Positions 51,579 to 55,895 of a DNA stretch of 55,895 nucleotides are shown here, piece by piece. Numbering within the stretch: position 1 is the first letter of the stretch; every line of letters begins with the position of its first letter. Source of the DNA: Sphingobacterium thalpophilum (lineage in GTDB: Bacteria > Bacteroidota > Bacteroidia > Sphingobacteriales > Sphingobacteriaceae); contig CAMBFY010000001.1 in the NCBI GenBank assembly GCA_945865415.1, forward strand, positions 1 through 55,895, read 5' to 3'. The notes below the pieces were generated by a model. It worked only from the letters and a program-made list of their open reading frames with translations, was not told where the DNA came from and did not search any database. Position numbers and translations under genes: made by a program.

Positions 51579-52579
51579 CAGATTTTTGTAGCTCGTTCAA
51601 ATTCGATTTTATTTGCTTCAATCAAAACCTGATTTTCTTTAATCACAGGTAATGGAACAAATTCATAATGATTAGAGGATATTACTGAGGTTTGTGCGAT
51701 ATGACGCGGACCTTCAATAATCCAACTGCTGGTATTTTTTGTTTCGAAGCGGCAGGTATTACAAATAAAATCTTCTACCTCACCAAATTGATCTTTACGA
51801 CCTGTAACTCTCAGCACCTCATCTCCCTTGTACCACAAAGTTACTTTTGCCTTGCAGGTAGGGCAATCGCGATGAGCATCCACAGGCTTCGTAAACCAAA
51901 CCCGATTCTTGAATCGAAAAGTTTTATCGGTTAAAGCGCCTACCGGACAAACATCGATTACATTACCTGAGAAATCATTTTCAATTGCCTTTTCGATATA
52001 AGTTGAAATTTCTGAAGCGTCACCTCTGCCTAAAATACCATGTAATCGATTATCAGTAATCTGGTTTGCAACGTAGACACATCTGTAACATAAAATACAT
52101 CGGGTCATGTGTAATTGGATCTTATCGCCAATATCGATTTTATCAAAGGTACGACGATCAAATTCATACCTTGAATTGCCTACACCGTGCTCGAAAGACA
52201 AATCCTGTAAATGACATTCTCCCGCCTGATCACAAATCGGGCAGTCGAGCGGGTGATTGATCAATAAAATTTCAACTACTCCCTTTCTTGCCTCAATCAC
52301 TTCAGGTGAAGTGATATTTTGGACTTCCATTCCATCCATTACACCAGTACGGCATGAGGCAACCAGCTTAGGCATTGGTCGGGGATCCTTTTCAGATCCC
52401 TTACTTACTTTAACAAGACAGGTCCGGCATTTTCCGCCACTACCTTCAAGTGTAGAATAATAACACATGGCAGGTGGTACGATTTCTCCTCCAATCTGAC
52501 GTGCAGCATTAAGAATACTTGTACCCGGTTCAACTTCAACCGTTATGCCATCTATAGTAACTTTAACTTTTTCGCTCAT
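51578..52579 (-). CDS. nuoG: NADH-quinone oxidoreductase subunit G, short form (333 aa)
   Basis: PAMCY...CRTC...ASC (N1b), HPLDCPICDQAGEC (N5), CILCYRC...CPVGAL (N4). Confidence 0.93.
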   Translation of the reverse strand: MSEKVKVTIDGITVEVEPGTSILNAARQIGGEIVPPAMCYYSTLEGSGGKCRTCLVKVSKGSEKDPRPMPKLVASCRTGVMDGMEVQNITSPEVIEARKGVVEILLINHPLDCPICDQAGECHLQDLSFEHGVGNSRYEFDRRTFDKIDIGDKIQLHMTRCILCYRCVYVANQITDNRLHGILGRGDASEISTYIEKAIENDFSGNVIDVCPVGALTDKTFRFKNRVWFTKPVDAHRDCPTCKAKVTLWYKGDEVLRVTGRKDQFGEVEDFICNTCRFETKNTSSWIIEGPRHIAQTSVISSNHYEFVPLPVIKENQVLIEANKIEFERATKI

Positions 52580-52639
52580 TGTTTATTATTCAAAACCTGT
52601 GCTAAACATCAAAAGGCTTACCGTCTAAAATTGTGAATT

Positions 52640-54007
52640 TTAACTATTAACTACCTCTTCTAATTTTGGCAATGGATCTGCATAGTTTGCAAGACCATAA
52701 TTCCTTGCCAGCGCTTCCTTTGGACTGTTAACATGCCATTCAAATTCATCCCGGAAATGACGGATTGCACTGGCAACAGGCCAGGCAGCAGCATCTCCTA
52801 GTGGACAAATAGTATTTCCTTCAATTTTCTTAGAAACATCGACCAATAGATCTATATCACTGATTTTCCCATGTCCATACTCCATACGATGAAGGACTTT
52901 CTCCATCCATCCTGTCCCTTCACGGCATGGAGAACACTGTCCGCAACTCTCATGATGATAGAAACGTGAGAAATTCCAAGTGTTTCTTACAATACACTGC
53001 TCTTCATCAAAAGCAATAAAACCACCGGAACCCAACATTGTTCCGCTTTGAAAACCTCCATCAGAGAGGGATTCATAACTCATCAAACGAGGCTGACCAT
53101 TAATTGTATTAAGAATTAGATTGGCAGGAAGAATTGGTACTGAAGAACCTCCTGCAACAACAGCCTTTAACCTTTTTCCATTTGCTATACCGCCACAATA
53201 TTCATCAGAATAAATAAACTCTTCAACCGGAACACCCAATTCAATTTCATATACACCCGGCTTTTTCAGATTTCCAGATGCAGAAATCAATTTTGTTCCT
53301 GTACTTCTGCCATTTCCAATTTTGGCATATTCCTCAGCACCATCATTGATGATAGGTACTACAGCAGCGATAGTTTCTACATTATTAACTACTGTAGGAC
53401 AAGCCCAAACTCCTGAAATTGCGGGAAATGGAGGTTTTATTCTTGGATTACCACGATTACCTTCCAGTGACTCAATCAAGGCGGTTTCTTCACCACAAAT
53501 ATATGCTCCGCCACCTGGTTGAACGTATAATTCAAGATCATAACCAGATCCCAAAATATTTTTCCCTAGAAATCCTGCATTCTTTGCTTCAGCAATTGCA
53601 CGCTCTAAAATTCTAATCTGAGGCATCATTTCGCCCCGCACATAGATATAGGATGTTTTAGCACCTAAAGCGAAACTGGAAACAATCATTCCCTCAATTA
53701 GAAGATGAGGAATATTAGTCATCAGAAATCTGTCCTTAAATGTTCCTGGTTCTGATTCATCAGCATTACAAACCAGATAACGCTCACGGCCTTCCGGTTT
53801 TGCCAAAAAACTCCATTTCATACCTGTAGGGAAACCGGCACCACCACGTCCGCGAAGTCCGGATGTTTTCACCTCTTCAACTACCGAATCTGGAGTCATG
53901 CTTTTCAGGGCCTTTTCTACCGAACGATATCCACCATGCTGACGATAAACATCGAAAGTATGAATTTCAGGTACATTAATATTCTCTAATAATAACTTAC
54001 GCGCCAT
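52640..54007 (-). CDS. nuoF: NADH-quinone oxidoreductase subunit F; start reassigned to ATG 54007
   Basis: GLRGRGGAGFPTG, NADESEPG, GAYICGEE, ESCGQCSPCREG, ICPLGD. Confidence 0.97.
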   Translation of the reverse strand: MARKLLLENINVPEIHTFDVYRQHGGYRSVEKALKSMTPDSVVEEVKTSGLRGRGGAGFPTGMKWSFLAKPEGRERYLVCNADESEPGTFKDRFLMTNIPHLLIEGMIVSSFALGAKTSYIYVRGEMMPQIRILERAIAEAKNAGFLGKNILGSGYDLELYVQPGGGAYICGEETALIESLEGNRGNPRIKPPFPAISGVWACPTVVNNVETIAAVVPIINDGAEEYAKIGNGRSTGTKLISASGNLKKPGVYEIELGVPVEEFIYSDEYCGGIANGKRLKAVVAGGSSVPILPANLILNTINGQPRLMSYESLSDGGFQSGTMLGSGGFIAFDEEQCIVRNTWNFSRFYHHESCGQCSPCREGTGWMEKVLHRMEYGHGKISDIDLLVDVSKKIEGNTICPLGDAAAWPVASAIRHFRDEFEWHVNSPKEALARNYGLANYADPLPKLEEVVNS

Positions 54008-54092
54008 ATTAATCAAGATTAAAGTTGGGAGGCTGGAGAGGGGATAGTGAAAATTCAACCGGTACCCTATCTCAATCCTCACATCTCGTTTC

Positions 54093-54608
54093 TCATATCT
54101 TATTCTTTAATGTTTCAATCAATTTGTCTACACTTTCATTCGTTAAATGCTCATAAAAAGTGTATTCCGGGCCAATCTGTAGCACCGGGGCCATACCGCA
54201 AGCCGCTAAACACTCTACACCCCTCCAGCTGAACTTTCCATCCGCCGTGATTTCACCTTCTTTAACTCCTAAAGTCTTTTCAATATGATCCATGATCTTC
54301 TCGGCACCAACCAGACAACAAGGCCCGGTGCGGCATACCTCCAAAACATACTTCCCCTGCGGGCGAAGAAAGAACATGGTATAAAATGTGCTAACCTCGT
54401 AAACCTCAATTGGTTTTATTTGAAGGTATGATGCTATTTTATCCATTGCCTCCGGACTTACCCATCCGTATTCAGCCTGAACCAAATGCAGCATGGGCAG
54501 CAAGGCTGATTTTTGTTTTCCTTGAGGATAACGTGTTACAATTTCATCAAACTGTTTAATCAGTGCGGATGAAAATTCAATTTCCTTATGTTCAGTTACA
54601 CTAAGCAT
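54093..54608 (-). CDS. nuoE: NADH-quinone oxidoreductase subunit E
   Basis: SALLP, TFYTMF, CRTGPC...ECLAACGMAP. Confidence 0.96.
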   Translation of the reverse strand: MLSVTEHKEIEFSSALIKQFDEIVTRYPQGKQKSALLPMLHLVQAEYGWVSPEAMDKIASYLQIKPIEVYEVSTFYTMFFLRPQGKYVLEVCRTGPCCLVGAEKIMDHIEKTLGVKEGEITADGKFSWRGVECLAACGMAPVLQIGPEYTFYEHLTNESVDKLIETLKNKI

Positions 54609-55812
54609 CTAATTCTCCTGCAATTACATTCAAGCTGCTCATATTGATAATGGCATCGGATAACAACATTCCGGCACTCATTGGAGCATACATCTGATAA
54701 TTAATAAAACTTGGTCTTCTGAAGTGCAGACGATAAGGTGAACGACCTCCGTCATTGACCAGATAGAAACCCAACTCACCATTGCCGCCCTCTACTGCAT
54801 GATATACTTCAGTTTTTGGAGTATCGATCTCGCCCATAACTATTTTGAAATGGTAGATCAAAGCTTCCATACTATTATATACTTCTTCTTTTGGAGGCAG
54901 GTAAAACTCAGGCACATCTGCATGAAAAACTCCTTTTGGTTCTTTTTCAATTTTTTGTAATGCCTGTTCTATGATTCTTAAACTCTGCCACATTTCCTCG
55001 TTTCGCACAATATAGCGATCATATACATCACCACTTGTACCCACCGGGATTTCAAAATCAAAATCCTGGTAAGAAGAATAAGGTTCATTTACCCTCACAT
55101 CATAATCCACACCGGTTGCCCTTAAAATAGGACCACTCCAACTATAATTTAAAGCGGTTTCAGGATCAACGGAAGCAACACCTGAAGTCCGTTCAATGAA
55201 AATTCTGTTCCTGTTAAATAAAATTTCAAATTCTTTAAGAATTGGCGGGAATTTAACAAGGAATTTTTTAATCTTGGCAAAAGCAATATCATTAAAATCA
55301 CGCTCAAACCCGCCAATACGCCCGATATTAGTTGTCAGTCTGGCACCACATATCTCTTCATAAATTTCATAGATATGCTCTCTTTCCTCCATTAGATATA
55401 GGAAGCCCGTAAATGCACCCGTATCCACACCCAGAATTCCGTTACAAATTAAGTGGTCTGAGATACGGGCAAGCTCCATAACTATCACTCTGAGATAATC
55501 AACACGTTTGGGGGTTTCAATTCCGAGTAACTTCTCAACTGTCATGTGCCATCCCATATTATTAATAGGAGAAGAGCAATAATTTAACCGGTCAGTTAGA
55601 GGGGTAATCTGATAAAATGGGCGGTGTTCGGCAATTTTCTCGAAGGCACGATGGATGTAACCTATTGTTGAAACACCACTTATAATGCGTTCTCCATCCA
55701 TGACCAGAACATTCTGAAAAACACCATGTGTTGCCGGATGGGTAGGACCGAGATTTAATATAAACGTTTCCTTCTGTGGATCGTTATCTGTAAATATGGG
55801 GTGATTCATCAT
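54601..55812 (-). CDS. nuoD: NADH-quinone oxidoreductase subunit D
   Basis: NLGPTHPATHG, GYIHRAFEK, DRLNY, GELG, RPSF, GELD. Confidence 0.97.
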   Translation of the reverse strand: MMNHPIFTDNDPQKETFILNLGPTHPATHGVFQNVLVMDGERIISGVSTIGYIHRAFEKIAEHRPFYQITPLTDRLNYCSSPINNMGWHMTVEKLLGIETPKRVDYLRVIVMELARISDHLICNGILGVDTGAFTGFLYLMEEREHIYEIYEEICGARLTTNIGRIGGFERDFNDIAFAKIKKFLVKFPPILKEFEILFNRNRIFIERTSGVASVDPETALNYSWSGPILRATGVDYDVRVNEPYSSYQDFDFEIPVGTSGDVYDRYIVRNEEMWQSLRIIEQALQKIEKEPKGVFHADVPEFYLPPKEEVYNSMEALIYHFKIVMGEIDTPKTEVYHAVEGGNGELGFYLVNDGGRSPYRLHFRRPSFINYQMYAPMSAGMLLSDAIINMSSLNVIAGELDA

Positions 55813-55895
55813 CTTCCAAAGAAATAATCCTTTTTATCAACACGATTTGGGTCTTCCAGCGGATGTTCTCTTCTCATTGGAAAAACCGTCATATC
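55809..55895 (-). CDS. nuoC: 3' end of NADH-quinone oxidoreductase subunit C (partial)
   Basis: Manual translation DMTVFPMRREHPLEDPNRVDKKDYFFGR*; TGA overlaps the nuoD ATG. Confidence 0.88.
   Translation of the reverse strand, partial: DMTVFPMRREHPLEDPNRVDKKDYFFGR

Noticed and set aside
54008-54082. 25-aa N-terminal extension of NuoF (likewise extensions of ORFs starting at 17315, 18552, 24063, 25920)
   Set aside because: Extensions run through repeat tracts, promoters, terminators or upstream genes; homology starts at the downstream codons.
1749-54232. Numerous 60-135 aa ORFs nested in or antisense to long genes (e.g. 12227-12589, 38178-38585, 49910-50293)
   Set aside because: Shadow ORFs of well-supported genes with no motifs.

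Overview
AT-rich Bacteroidota chromosome segment; gene content and TAnnTTTG promoters suggest Sphingobacteriaceae (inference). It is mostly housekeeping and envelope genes: rfbA, lptC, coaX, uvrB, a YfhO/GT2/GT4/methyltransferase/flippase glycosylation cluster, typA, ispF-porV/gldJ with no porU between them, a TonB receptor plus phosphoesterase, a GMC oxidoreductase pair, rsmE, ppa, DedA and nuoC(partial)-nuoN. The unusual signal is non-coding. The first 950 bp hold a probable IS256 left end, a mosaic array of 14 co-oriented REP-like palindromes with 153/107-bp periods, and a long hairpin that could be an ncRNA or an IS110 left-end remnant. Elsewhere there are a ~390-bp MITE/REPIN-like element, a REP doublet, a nested 20-bp perfect palindrome, many 7/8-mer intergenic tandem tracts, a truncated upp, and a small Cys-rich ORF missing from the ORF track. 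I saw no CRISPR, rRNA or tRNA. I cannot support a novel protein-coding system here; the best candidates for undescribed biology are the repeat/ncRNA elements.
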